A DNA stretch of 64,000 bases from an uncultured Bacteriovoracaceae bacterium (lineage in GTDB: Bacteria; Bdellovibrionota; UBA1018; UBA923): positions 31,561 through 95,560 of the forward strand of contig CAZNGN010000008.1 of the NCBI GenBank assembly GCA_964572865.1, written 5' to 3'. The first letter of the stretch is position 1, and each line of letters starts with the position of its first letter. The position numbers and the translations under genes were made by a program. The notes under the pieces are model-generated. The model did no database searches and was not told the DNA's origin. It saw nothing but the letters and a program-made list of their open reading frames with translations. Shown in pieces: positions 48,826-58,306 of the stretch.

Positions 48826-49320
48826 TTATTTTTCAGTAACTCTGAATTCAGCTCTGCGATTTTTTCCCCATGCAGATTCATCGTGACCGTTATCTACTGG
48901 TTTTTCTTTTCCGTAAGAAATAATGCTTAAACGATCTGCATTTATGCCTTTATCAATTAAAAATGCTTTCGTTGCATTTGCTCTACGTTCACCAAGTGCG
49001 ATGTTATATTGAATTCCACCGCGTTCATCAGTGTGACCTTCGATTTGAACTTTAACAGATGATTTATCTTTTAAAACTTTAGCATTGTTATTTAGCATTT
49101 CTTTGGCTTTTGAATCTAATGCAGAAGAGTCATAAGCAAATGTTACGGTTTGAAGTCCCATTGCTTTTGCAGCACTATTGTCAGCTAAGTCTTGAGCAGC
49201 TTCATTTGATGAACCGCCTTCAGCGCCTTCATCACCTTTTTGCTTTTTAGAACATGATGTAGAAATGGCTAATGTTAAAGCTAATATTAATGTTAAAACG
49301 CTCATGCGTATGAGTTTCAT
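48826..49320 (-). CDS. pal: Peptidoglycan-associated lipoprotein Pal (OmpA-family C-terminal domain)
   Basis: Lipobox ISTSC. VTFAYDSSAL...EGHTDERGGIQYNIALGERRA...NRRAEF OmpA/Pal signature. Confidence 0.85.
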   Translation of the reverse strand: MKLIRMSVLTLILALTLAISTSCSKKQKGDEGAEGGSSNEAAQDLADNSAAKAMGLQTVTFAYDSSALDSKAKEMLNNNAKVLKDKSSVKVQIEGHTDERGGIQYNIALGERRANATKAFLIDKGINADRLSIISYGKEKPVDNGHDESAWGKNRRAEFRVTEK

Positions 49321-49362
49321 TATTGTCTCCTTTAAGAATAATTGAGTACTAAAAAAGTAGCA

Positions 49363-50697
49363 TTAGGTTGACCACAGTGCAACCGCAAGTATCGGAAATA
49401 CAAAGAAGAATATCACTAAACAATAGCCCATAATGTCACGTGCCTTTAAGCCCATGATGCTGAGCAGCGGAATTGCCCAAAACGGTTGAAACATATTTCC
49501 AACCATATTTCCGTATGCGATAGCCATAGTGGTTAATCCAACGGGTGAACCAAGCTCTTTTGCCGCTTGAATCATCACAGGTCCTTCTACGGCCCATTCG
49601 CCTCCACCTGAGGGAATAAACAGTTTAGTCACTACACTTGCAAAGTATGACATCAATGGAAGAGTTTGTTTGGTCGCATGTTCTACAAAAAAGTTTGCAA
49701 AGAGGTGGCCAAGACCTGTTTCTCTCATGATACCCATGATTCCACCATAAAATGGAAATTGTAGAATGATTCCAGAAGTTGCCTTCACTGAATTAGATAT
49801 CGATTTTGCGTAACTGGTTGGATTTCGATGGAGTAACATTCCAATGGTTAGAAATAAAAAGTTAACGATATTGTGATTTAAATTCAAACCGTTTTGCATG
49901 AAGTATTGATACATAAATACCAATCCTAAACCACCGATGATTAAATTGGTGACATAACTTCGTTCAAGTTTTTCAGCAAACGTTTTTGGCTTTTCAATCG
50001 ATTTTTTTAGAGGACTTAATTGTAGATCAACTTCAAACTCTGAAATCAGTCGAAGATTTCTTTTTGGATTCAATTGAGCAATTACAAAAGGAATTGCAAT
50101 CGCCAAAAATATACAAACGATTAAATTGGAAGGTAGAAAAATTGTTTGAGAGAGAGGAATGAGCCCAATTGTTTTTTCTAAGAAATGCCCAGGAGTATTG
50201 ATGAGCAAGGGTGCTGAGGCAGTCGTGCCCGCATGCCAAAGCAGCATACTAGTGTAGGCTGCGGTTGCTACCAGAGGATAATGAATTTGAATCTTACGCT
50301 TATGCATTGATTTTGCAGTTTCTCGTCCTAATAGAGATGCCATCACAAGACCAAGTCCCCAGTGAAGCCAACCTAAGACAATTGAAAAAAATGTAATTCC
50401 AATCAATGTGCGAGTTACATTTCGAGGCATAGAAGCAAACTTTTTAATTAATTTTTGAACAATGGGTGCATCTGCAATGGCTTCTCCTGTTACGACGATT
50501 AATACCATCTGCATTCCAAAATTGAGAAGTTCCCAAAAACCTGTGTTCCAATATTGTAATACTTGAGCAGGGTTTGATTGTGTCAGCCATTGTGCCAGTG
50601 CAAAGGTGGTGATGGTTAGCATTAAGACCAAGACAAATGGGTCAGGCATAAATGACCTGACGAATCGTTCACATTTCTCACCAAATTTTTCTAACAT
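49363..50697 (-). CDS. Short-chain fatty acid transporter (AtoE family)
   Basis: N-terminus FVRSFMPDPFVLVLMLTITTFALA is typical of AtoE. Polytopic. 444 aa. Confidence 0.7.
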   Translation of the reverse strand: MLEKFGEKCERFVRSFMPDPFVLVLMLTITTFALAQWLTQSNPAQVLQYWNTGFWELLNFGMQMVLIVVTGEAIADAPIVQKLIKKFASMPRNVTRTLIGITFFSIVLGWLHWGLGLVMASLLGRETAKSMHKRKIQIHYPLVATAAYTSMLLWHAGTTASAPLLINTPGHFLEKTIGLIPLSQTIFLPSNLIVCIFLAIAIPFVIAQLNPKRNLRLISEFEVDLQLSPLKKSIEKPKTFAEKLERSYVTNLIIGGLGLVFMYQYFMQNGLNLNHNIVNFLFLTIGMLLHRNPTSYAKSISNSVKATSGIILQFPFYGGIMGIMRETGLGHLFANFFVEHATKQTLPLMSYFASVVTKLFIPSGGGEWAVEGPVMIQAAKELGSPVGLTTMAIAYGNMVGNMFQPFWAIPLLSIMGLKARDIMGYCLVIFFFVFPILAVALWST

Positions 50698-50802
50698 GTT
50701 TTGATTTTTGCACAGAGTAGAGTGTTTTCGAAACCATTTTCTTATAAAAAGAACTATTTTTGGCCTCTGTATTGCTTAAGTTCGGGATGGAGGTAAAGAA
50801 AC

Positions 50803-51195
50803 ATGTCCGATTTTAATAGAGTCATATTAGTAGGAAGGTTAGGCAATGACCTTGAATTAAAAGAATCATCCACAGGAAAGGCATATTTACGAATGAACAT
50901 TGCAACTCATTCATATAAAAAGCCGAGTGATTCATCTAAAAATTCAAGTACTCATTGGCACAGAGTAATAGTGTTTGGTGCACAAGCTAAATTATGTGCA
51001 ACTTATCTTAAAAAGGGATCACCCGTTTTGATCGAAGGATCCATTGAAGTGAGCTCGTATAAAGATAAAGAAGGAAAAATGATTACTCAAAATACAGTTT
51101 TGGCAGATCGTGTGCGATTTCTTGGTGGAAGAATGCATGCCGATCTTACCGAATCAGATCAAGCAGGAGATGTCGATACAACATTGAGTGCTTGA
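50803..51195 (+). CDS. ssb: Single-stranded DNA-binding protein
   Basis: OB-fold N-domain (NRVILVGRLGNDLELKES...WHRVIVFG) and an acidic C-terminal tail. GGATGGAGG RBS. Confidence 0.8.
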   Translation: MSDFNRVILVGRLGNDLELKESSTGKAYLRMNIATHSYKKPSDSSKNSSTHWHRVIVFGAQAKLCATYLKKGSPVLIEGSIEVSSYKDKEGKMITQNTVLADRVRFLGGRMHADLTESDQAGDVDTTLSA

Positions 51196-51215
51196 TGTTG
51201 CACATCTCTCCCAAT

Positions 51216-51250
51216 CTCCCGCAAGTCGAGCATAGCTTGCGGGAGTAAAA
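51216..51250 (+). terminator. Perfect GC-rich 10-bp hairpin (CTCCCGCAAG / CTTGCGGGAG, 10-nt loop) after ssb, a probable intrinsic terminator
   Basis: The inverted repeat is seen directly. The trailing TAAAATGTTGT is only a weak U-tract. Confidence 0.45.
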
Positions 51251-51267
51251 TGTTGTAATCTGCAAGT

Positions 51268-52446
51268 ATGTTTTTCGTAAATGAAAAAAATCAAACATTA
51301 CAATTTCCTGAAGATTTAAATTTAAGATTAAAAAAATCTTTATTTGGTAGTTCGGAACCAGATTTTAACGAAATTAAAAAAATAAAATCTCAATTAGAAA
51401 AATTGTGGAAAATTTTAGCCGTAGATCGTGGAATTCAAAGTGAAGATCATTATAGTTTTGATAATAAATTAGTTAAAACGTATGCGTCGTATTATTTGCC
51501 GGTAAATATTTTAAAGCCCGCGGTGATTTTAGAAGAATTAAGTTTATTAGGTTTAAAACTTCAATTGCACAAAACAATTCGATGGTTAGATCTTGGTACG
51601 GGTCCTGGAACATTATTTTTAGGACTAAAATGGTGGTTAGAACAGCATGGATATAATCACGATCTGTCTATTTTAGGATTAGATCAGTCGAAAAATTTTA
51701 TTAATTTAGCTCAAGAAATGGATGGTCAAATTGATTTTGATTTGAAAAGTAATCGAAATTTCAAAACGATTAAAAATAAAAAAGACATTTTAAAAGAAAT
51801 CGAATTGTTTAAGCCAAATGTTTTAAGTGCAATGAATAGTTTGGCTGAAATCGAACCCAATCTTCAAAAAAGAATCGAATTTATAAAAGAAGTTTTAGCT
51901 GTTTTTGAAAAGGTTTCACCGAATGGGTTGATTTTATTTATTGAACCAGGATCTAAAAAAAATTCTCGAGAGTTAATTGAATTAAGAGAATGGATCAAGC
52001 AAAAGTATAATATTTGGCTTCCTTGTTTAAGTGATCGAGATTGTGGAGCCTTTCAAGATCAAAAAGATTGGTGTCACGAAGCGGTCGACTGTGAGTTTCC
52101 AGATTGGATCAATGAATTAGGTAAAAATGCTCAGATGCAAAAAGATTCTCTTCTGTTTTCGTATTTGGTTTTTACGTGTGGTACTTTTTTTGAACCTGAA
52201 AAATTTCCTCATAAATCGTTTCGAATGGTCAGTGATCGAATGCAAGAAAAAGGATTAACCAAATGTTATTTTTGTACTCACGATGGTGTAAAGCGAATGG
52301 CACGTTTAATTCATTCACGAGAAAACGATCAAAATGCTGATTTTCTCAATATAAAGCGTGGCGATATTATTACAGAAAGTGTGATTGATGAAAAAAACAA
52401 TGTTCAACAAATTGAAAGAGTTAAATTAACATCAGAAATATTTTAA
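51268..52446 (+). CDS. Class I SAM-dependent methyltransferase, possibly of the Rsm22 (small ribosomal subunit) family
   Basis: WLDLGTGPGT SAM motif I. A Cys cluster (CLSDRDC...C...C) and a later CxxC. 392 aa. Confidence 0.4.
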   Translation: MFFVNEKNQTLQFPEDLNLRLKKSLFGSSEPDFNEIKKIKSQLEKLWKILAVDRGIQSEDHYSFDNKLVKTYASYYLPVNILKPAVILEELSLLGLKLQLHKTIRWLDLGTGPGTLFLGLKWWLEQHGYNHDLSILGLDQSKNFINLAQEMDGQIDFDLKSNRNFKTIKNKKDILKEIELFKPNVLSAMNSLAEIEPNLQKRIEFIKEVLAVFEKVSPNGLILFIEPGSKKNSRELIELREWIKQKYNIWLPCLSDRDCGAFQDQKDWCHEAVDCEFPDWINELGKNAQMQKDSLLFSYLVFTCGTFFEPEKFPHKSFRMVSDRMQEKGLTKCYFCTHDGVKRMARLIHSRENDQNADFLNIKRGDIITESVIDEKNNVQQIERVKLTSEIF

Positions 52447-52851
52447 TTATTGTTTATCAGAAACTTCTATTACATCGCCAATCATAACAGAGTCATAACC
52501 AGCAATCGGTGTTTGGTCTTTAGGATAAAATTCTACCAAACGAGCAATACTAACATTTTTATCAACATGAATGACTTTTAATCTTGCGATGCGAATGGAT
52601 GTGTCGCCCATCATTTTACTGTTTGCATTGTCGAATATTACCATTCTTCTTTTGGCATCAATGAAGGCACCTTGTTTTAATCCATTATTGGTTCCTGCAT
52701 TAATATAAAAATCTTTATACATAATGTCGGTTTGTTTTAAAGGAACTTCTCTGATTACGGAAGTCACATTAAAGTCTGCCGCATGTGAGTTGGTAATGAG
52801 TACCAATGCTGCGATTACTTGAATGATGTTTTTTGATAACTGTTTCATCAT
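52447..52851 (-). CDS. Small secreted hypothetical protein, 134 aa
   Basis: Signal peptide (…ITNSHA). No family recognised. Confidence 0.4.
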   Translation of the reverse strand: MMKQLSKNIIQVIAALVLITNSHAADFNVTSVIREVPLKQTDIMYKDFYINAGTNNGLKQGAFIDAKRRMVIFDNANSKMMGDTSIRIARLKVIHVDKNVSIARLVEFYPKDQTPIAGYDSVMIGDVIEVSDKQ

Positions 52852-53029
52852 GTCCTAATGATCGGAATTTTGACGGCTGACTTTACATTGAACATTCATT
52901 TCATGTGTTTTTCAGGCAAGTTTTGCCCTGAATACTCAGACACATGTTCAAAATACTGTCACTAAACGAAGTCCTGCCTAGTGAGGGGGGCTATATCTAA
53001 TCAAATTCACTTTAAAGCCCGATAAGACA

Positions 53030-53830
53030 TTGATGGTAAAGTCAAAATTGGGAAAAGTGATTCCCATTTTATTTAAAAATAAAGCTGTAAAAGCCAATCA
53101 TGAGCTTCAACCAATTCTTTCAAGTATGAGAATTGAACTTGAAAGTTTTAGTAAGAAACTAGAAGCAGTTGATGGTGAAGTAACAACTTCATTACATAAT
53201 ATAATCGAAAGTTTAATTATATTATTGGCACGTGATCGCAAAATGTTGCGTTTATTACAACGAATGCATTCTCATGGAACGTATTTATTTTCTCATGGAT
53301 TAGCTACCGCAATGATGAGTTTGTTGATTTCAGTGAAATTAAAATTAGGAGATGAACATTTATTAGAGGTAGTGAGTTTTGGTGGATTGTTACATGATGT
53401 TGGTTTGCTTGGCTTTTCTGTAGAGCAAATTGAAAGTCATACCGTATTTGAATCTAAAAAAGACTATCGTTGGAAAGACTTAGAAAAACATTGCCATGTT
53501 GGCGTAAAATTTTTAGAAGGTGCAGAGTTTATTCCAGAAGAAGTTCAATTTATTGTGCAACAACATCATGAACGTGAAGATGGAATGGGGTATCCCAATC
53601 AAATTCCTGGCGAAGTTATTTTTTATCCATCTAAAATCGTATCCATTGCAGATGCATTTGCTGCATTGATTGTCGATCGTCCACATCGTGAAGCATTCTC
53701 AGTACAAAAAGCGTTGCAAATGATGAGTGATGATGTTGGAAAATTCGATGTAAATATTCTAAAAGTACTTAAACAATTGTTTGAATCAGATGAAAAATCA
53801 AGTTCTGATCAAAACTCAAAAGTTGCCTAA
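53030..53830 (+). CDS. HD-GYP domain protein, a putative cyclic-di-GMP phosphodiesterase or sensor, stand-alone
   Basis: HD motif (LLHDVGLL). The HHEREDGMGYP sequence is the HD-GYP signature. No receiver domain. Confidence 0.75.
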   Translation: MMVKSKLGKVIPILFKNKAVKANHELQPILSSMRIELESFSKKLEAVDGEVTTSLHNIIESLIILLARDRKMLRLLQRMHSHGTYLFSHGLATAMMSLLISVKLKLGDEHLLEVVSFGGLLHDVGLLGFSVEQIESHTVFESKKDYRWKDLEKHCHVGVKFLEGAEFIPEEVQFIVQQHHEREDGMGYPNQIPGEVIFYPSKIVSIADAFAALIVDRPHREAFSVQKALQMMSDDVGKFDVNILKVLKQLFESDEKSSSDQNSKVA

Positions 53831-55546
53831 TTACTTCACTTCAATATATTTATATTTATTCATTATGATTTCGCTTGTTTTGTAATTAGGAATTCGATCA
53901 CGAATTAAACGATATTCATTCTCAAAAATTCCATAAGCCCAAACAGCATTTTCTTGAATGATTTCTTCCATTTTACAAATAATTTCTTTTCGCTTTGCTG
54001 ATGATGACATGAGTGCCATTTGTTCATACAATTTATTGTATTCAGCATTGTCAAAGTTTGCCTCATTGGGACCAGGTGCTTTATTTGGTCCATATAAAAG
54101 TTGCATATTATTTTCTGCATCAGGGTAGTCCATCATCCATCCCCCTTTGCTTAGCTGTAAGTTACCTTTGTTCATTTTATCTAAATATGCAGGAAAAGTA
54201 TTTGCTACGATTTCAATTTGAATTCCGATTGCTGCTAAATTTTTAGAAATAAATTCAGCCAATTGTCGTTCAGATTGATCGGTGCCTCTTGTATCGTATT
54301 TCAATTGAGGCAATCCTTTACCGCCTGGGTAACCTGCTTTTTCCATTAATTTTTTTGCTCTCTCTACATCGTATGTCCATTGATAGGGTTTTCCGCAACG
54401 ATCTAAAATAGACGGAGGGTTTACTTCGTTTTGTGTTGAGCCTCGATCGTTTTTGAAAATTTTAAGCCAATTTACAGAATCAATTGCAGAAGCAATGGCC
54501 TGACGTAGATATTTATTTTCTCCTAAAATTTTATCTTTCATATTCATTGATACATACCAAAATGAATATGCTGGTTCTATACTCACTCGAATGCCTTTGG
54601 CTTTTAATTCAGGAGATACATCTTTAGTACCTTGAATCGCAGTTGCGAAGTTATCTTTAGGAATTTGAATTTGATCAAAATCTCCGTTCATAAAACTAAG
54701 CCAACGTGGTTGGTCTTCTTTGATCACTGTAAATTCAATTGCATCGGCTAACGGAAGTTTTTTACCTTGAACCACTTCATTTCTAAAATTTTCATTTTTC
54801 ACTAAAATAACTTTTGATTGAGGATTCCAACTTGCCGCTTTAAATGGACCTGTTCCGACTGGGTGATTTACAAAATCTTTTCCGTACATTTCAACCGCTT
54901 CTCTCGCAACAGGAGCAGTGAAGTGCATGGTCATAATGTAGAGTAGTTGAGGATACGGTTTGGTTAATTTTAATTCTAAAGTGTAGTCATCTATTTTTTT
55001 GAATCCTTCAACATCTTCTTTCATAACTTCTGCCGATGATTTGCCAGAAAAATGTTTTTGAAACTCGTTAATGCCTACTACTTTTCCGTCAAAAATCCAA
55101 AATGCTTGAGATTCATTTGCTGGATCTGCGTGGCGTTTATATGCATAAATAAAATCGTCAATGGTAACCGCGCGACCTTTGCCATTTGTAGCTTTAAAGC
55201 ATTCATCGTCTTGAAATTTGATGTCTTTGCGAATTTTTACAGTAACAGTTTTTCCATCTTTTGAAAAAGTGGGCATTCCGTCAGTTAAGTTAGGAATGAC
55301 TTCTAATTTTTCTGAAAAATAATTATATTGAAGTAGTCCTTCATAAATTTGATCGATTACTTCTGTTGAGATTACATCGTAAGAGTTCGTGGGATCAGAA
55401 GTTTTTACACCATCTTTTAAAGCCAAGTGTAGAATCTTACCTTTGATATTTGCCAAAGATCCATTTGAAGTGCTGTTGTTTTTTGAATTCGAACAGCCAA
55501 TCATTGAAATAATGATCGAAAATAAAAATAGTTGAGTTGTTTTCAT
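53831..55546 (-). CDS. ABC transporter substrate-binding lipoprotein, family 5 (oligopeptide/nickel type)
   Basis: Lipobox MIGCS. 571 aa. Collinear with OppA/DppA-type SBP_bac_5 blocks (…VGTGPFK..., …GGWMMDYPDAENN…). Confidence 0.8.
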   Translation of the reverse strand: MKTTQLFLFSIIISMIGCSNSKNNSTSNGSLANIKGKILHLALKDGVKTSDPTNSYDVISTEVIDQIYEGLLQYNYFSEKLEVIPNLTDGMPTFSKDGKTVTVKIRKDIKFQDDECFKATNGKGRAVTIDDFIYAYKRHADPANESQAFWIFDGKVVGINEFQKHFSGKSSAEVMKEDVEGFKKIDDYTLELKLTKPYPQLLYIMTMHFTAPVAREAVEMYGKDFVNHPVGTGPFKAASWNPQSKVILVKNENFRNEVVQGKKLPLADAIEFTVIKEDQPRWLSFMNGDFDQIQIPKDNFATAIQGTKDVSPELKAKGIRVSIEPAYSFWYVSMNMKDKILGENKYLRQAIASAIDSVNWLKIFKNDRGSTQNEVNPPSILDRCGKPYQWTYDVERAKKLMEKAGYPGGKGLPQLKYDTRGTDQSERQLAEFISKNLAAIGIQIEIVANTFPAYLDKMNKGNLQLSKGGWMMDYPDAENNMQLLYGPNKAPGPNEANFDNAEYNKLYEQMALMSSSAKRKEIICKMEEIIQENAVWAYGIFENEYRLIRDRIPNYKTSEIIMNKYKYIEVK

Positions 55547-55704
55547 AGTAGCCTTTCTTCTTTGGCATGGTGAAAAGCAAAAGTTGTGCCGTACTCAGAT
55601 TGCTTTTATTTGAATAGAGATAACATTCGAAGGAATTGGTATCAAATAGATACTAGAATTTATGAATATTTTTTAGATGCACCGCAATGCTATTGTGGGA
55701 TATT

Positions 55705-56169
55705 TTAAGTCGCAAAAAGTGTTTCGATCTCTGAAACAGTCTGTGAAATCTTATCAGCAGCTGCAGGTGCGATGAAAATTGTGTCGTCGCCTGCAAGCGT
55801 TCCTAATAATTTAGCAGGTTTTTTTCTGTCTAATATAGATGCAATGAGTGACGCCGAACCTGGTGTCGTGTGCATTACAATGAGAGATCCATTGTTTTGA
55901 ATGTCGATAATTAATTTTGATAAATTTGCTTTTTCAGGATTTAAAATATCAGCAGGTTCGTTCGTTGTACCAAATAAATTTAACTTATAAACAGTTTCAC
56001 CGCTTGTATTGGTAGTTTTGATAGCTCCCAATTTTCGTAAAGCTCTCGAAATTGTAGATTGATTGACGCTTAAGCCAAGTCCTTCTAGTTTTTCACGAAG
56101 TTCTTCTTGTGTTCCTACAAATCCTTTAGAAAGAATATTTTTTAGGGCTTCAGGTGTGGATTGAAACAT
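55705..56169 (-). CDS. argR: Arginine repressor ArgR
   Basis: Winged-helix N-domain (TQEELREKLEGLGLSVNQSTISRALRKLG). C-terminal oligomerisation/arginine-binding domain (GDDTIFIA..). Confidence 0.85.
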   Translation of the reverse strand: MFQSTPEALKNILSKGFVGTQEELREKLEGLGLSVNQSTISRALRKLGAIKTTNTSGETVYKLNLFGTTNEPADILNPEKANLSKLIIDIQNNGSLIVMHTTPGSASLIASILDRKKPAKLLGTLAGDDTIFIAPAAADKISQTVSEIETLFAT

Positions 56170-57109
56170 TTTTTACTCCATTTGATTTTTTAGAAATGAT
56201 TTTTGATTTTATTTTTTTAGATTTTTTTAATTCTTTTGATGCAGATTTCATTTGAGTGCAAATAGTTCCCACGCCTTGGCTTGTAAATAATTCTTCAATC
56301 AAGCAGTGTGGCCGTTTTGCATTGAGAATATGAACGTTTTTTACTCCCATTGAAAGAGCGTGTAAAATGGTTTGAACTTTTGCCAGCATTCCACCTTTCA
56401 CGACTCCGGTATGAATGAGATCGTGAATTTGAGCGGCATCGACTTCAGAAATCAAACTTCCTTCTGCATCTAAAATACCATCTTGATCGGTTAAATAAAG
56501 AATTTTGCTAATTCCTAATGCAGCTGCAATTTTTGAAGCTGCCCAATCAGCGTTTACATTAAGTGCTTTACCGTCTTCACTAAATCCTACAGGTGTAATG
56601 ACAGGAATGAATCCCATTCCAGCTTCTGTTTGTGTGTTTAAAACGGTTTTTATGTAAGAAACATCTACTTTTTCAACGTTACCCACTTGGCCAAGTTCAG
56701 GGCGAGAGGTTTTACATTGTAAAATTCTCGCATCAGTTCCGTTCACACCAACGGCACAAACACCTGCTTGGTTTAAAGTTCTCACAATTCGGCGATTTAC
56801 TTGTCCAGAGAGAACCATTTCAACAATGTCCATCATTTCTGGAGTTGTCACACGCTGACCGTCGATAAAATTCCATTCGATACCGTGAAGTGTAAGTTCT
56901 TTGTTAATCGAAGGACCTCCTCCGTGAACAAGAACAATTGAAATTCCTAAAGATCGAATGAGCGCTAGGTCTTTGCAAATGCTTACTACTAAATCTGAAT
57001 CTTGAAGGGCAGCTCCACCCAGTTTAATGAGTAGAGTTTCGCCTGCAAATGATTTTACATAATTTAAAGTATCTAATACAAATTGAGTTTTATTTGGTTG
57101 AGCCTTCAT
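56150..57109 (-). CDS. argB: Acetylglutamate kinase ArgB, with a Lys-rich C-terminal extension
   Basis: LLIKLGGAA...VLVHGGGP kinase motifs. A KKSKKIKSKIISKK tail overlaps the argR start by 20 nt. Confidence 0.85.
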   Translation of the reverse strand: MKAQPNKTQFVLDTLNYVKSFAGETLLIKLGGAALQDSDLVVSICKDLALIRSLGISIVLVHGGGPSINKELTLHGIEWNFIDGQRVTTPEMMDIVEMVLSGQVNRRIVRTLNQAGVCAVGVNGTDARILQCKTSRPELGQVGNVEKVDVSYIKTVLNTQTEAGMGFIPVITPVGFSEDGKALNVNADWAASKIAAALGISKILYLTDQDGILDAEGSLISEVDAAQIHDLIHTGVVKGGMLAKVQTILHALSMGVKNVHILNAKRPHCLIEELFTSQGVGTICTQMKSASKELKKSKKIKSKIISKKSNGVKNVSIHT

Positions 57110-58306
57110 TTAGTTATACTCCGTATTGATTTCAACATATCGCTTTGAAAGATCGCATCCCCAAGCAGTTGCTTGTTGTTTGCCAGAGTGAAAATCTGCA
57201 TTGATGTAAACTGTTTCGCGTTTTAATAATTCTTTTAATGCTTGTTTTTCAAATGCAACAGGTGCGCCTTGATCAAACACAACTGTGTCTTGAATTTTAA
57301 GTGTTAATTTAGACAAGTGTGCAGCAGGAATTCCTTCTGCACCTAAACGAGAAAGGATTCTTCCCCAATTCGGATCTTCACCATGAATTGCTGTTTTAAT
57401 GAGTGGACTCAATGTGATTCCACGAGCAGCTTTTCTGCAAAGTTCTAAATTCTCAGCATTTTTAAGGGTAACTTCAATTAGTTTAGTTGCACCTTCGCCA
57501 TCTCGTGCAATCGATTTTGCTAAAAACTGAGCTACTTCAGTGAGTGCTGTTTTCATTTTGTGGTAATCGCTATCATTATTGAGCGCAACACCTGAGGCAC
57601 CGTTTGCCATTAAGAATACACAATCGTTTGTAGAAGAGTCGCCATCTACGCTGATCATGTTAAAACTTAAATCAGTAATCTCTTTTAGCATTGTATGAGC
57701 TACATCTTTAGTAATAGCAGCATCAGTTAAAAGGTAGCCAAGCATGGTTCCCATATTTGGGTGAATCATGCCAGAGCCTTTACTAATTCCAGTGATGGTT
57801 ACATCGCCCTTAGAAAGAGTAACTGTAGTTGTAACTGTTTTTGGCACAAGATCAGTAGTTAAAATTGATAAAGCAAATGCTTCAGCCGTTTCATTGGGAC
57901 GAGCTACCATTTCTGGAATTGCAGCTGTTATTTTTTCAATATCAATTTGATGACCAATCACACCAGTTGATGCCGAGAGCACTTGTGTGGATTTACAATT
58001 CAGTGCATGTGCCGCAGACTCGATCATGAGTTTATTGCGTTTAACTCCTTCGTCACCAGTGGCAGCATTTGCTTGTCCAGAGTTTGTGATGATGGCTCTT
58101 ATGTTTGAAGCGGGAACTAATTTTTGGCTGTATAAAATCGGAGCAGCTTTGCATTCGTTTCGAGTAAAAACTCCAGCAACTACGGCATCGATTTCAGAAA
58201 TAATTATTCCTAAATCAGGTCTATATCTTCGAACGCCAGAGTTAATTCCTCCAGCTAAATACTTTTTAGGCAATGGTGTGCGTGCGGTTCCAGGTCCAGA
58301 TGTCAT
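57110..58306 (-). CDS. argJ: Bifunctional ornithine acetyltransferase / N-acetylglutamate synthase ArgJ
   Basis: Autoproteolysis site GTMLGY (the ATML-type Thr nucleophile). 398 aa. Confidence 0.85.
   Translation of the reverse strand: MTSGPGTARTPLPKKYLAGGINSGVRRYRPDLGIIISEIDAVVAGVFTRNECKAAPILYSQKLVPASNIRAIITNSGQANAATGDEGVKRNKLMIESAAHALNCKSTQVLSASTGVIGHQIDIEKITAAIPEMVARPNETAEAFALSILTTDLVPKTVTTTVTLSKGDVTITGISKGSGMIHPNMGTMLGYLLTDAAITKDVAHTMLKEITDLSFNMISVDGDSSTNDCVFLMANGASGVALNNDSDYHKMKTALTEVAQFLAKSIARDGEGATKLIEVTLKNAENLELCRKAARGITLSPLIKTAIHGEDPNWGRILSRLGAEGIPAAHLSKLTLKIQDTVVFDQGAPVAFEKQALKELLKRETVYINADFHSGKQQATAWGCDLSKRYVEINTEYN

Noticed and set aside
52852-53029. 178-nt gap with G-rich GTGAGGGGGGC and a small GGCAA/TTGCC stem, checked for a tRNA or sRNA
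   Set aside because: There is no tRNA-like T-loop or acceptor stem and no convincing terminator. It is most simply the promoter and leader of the HD-GYP gene.
55547-55704. TTATGAATATTTTT upstream of the oligopeptide-binding protein gene, as an ARG box
   Set aside because: Only one half-site matches and there is no palindromic partner.
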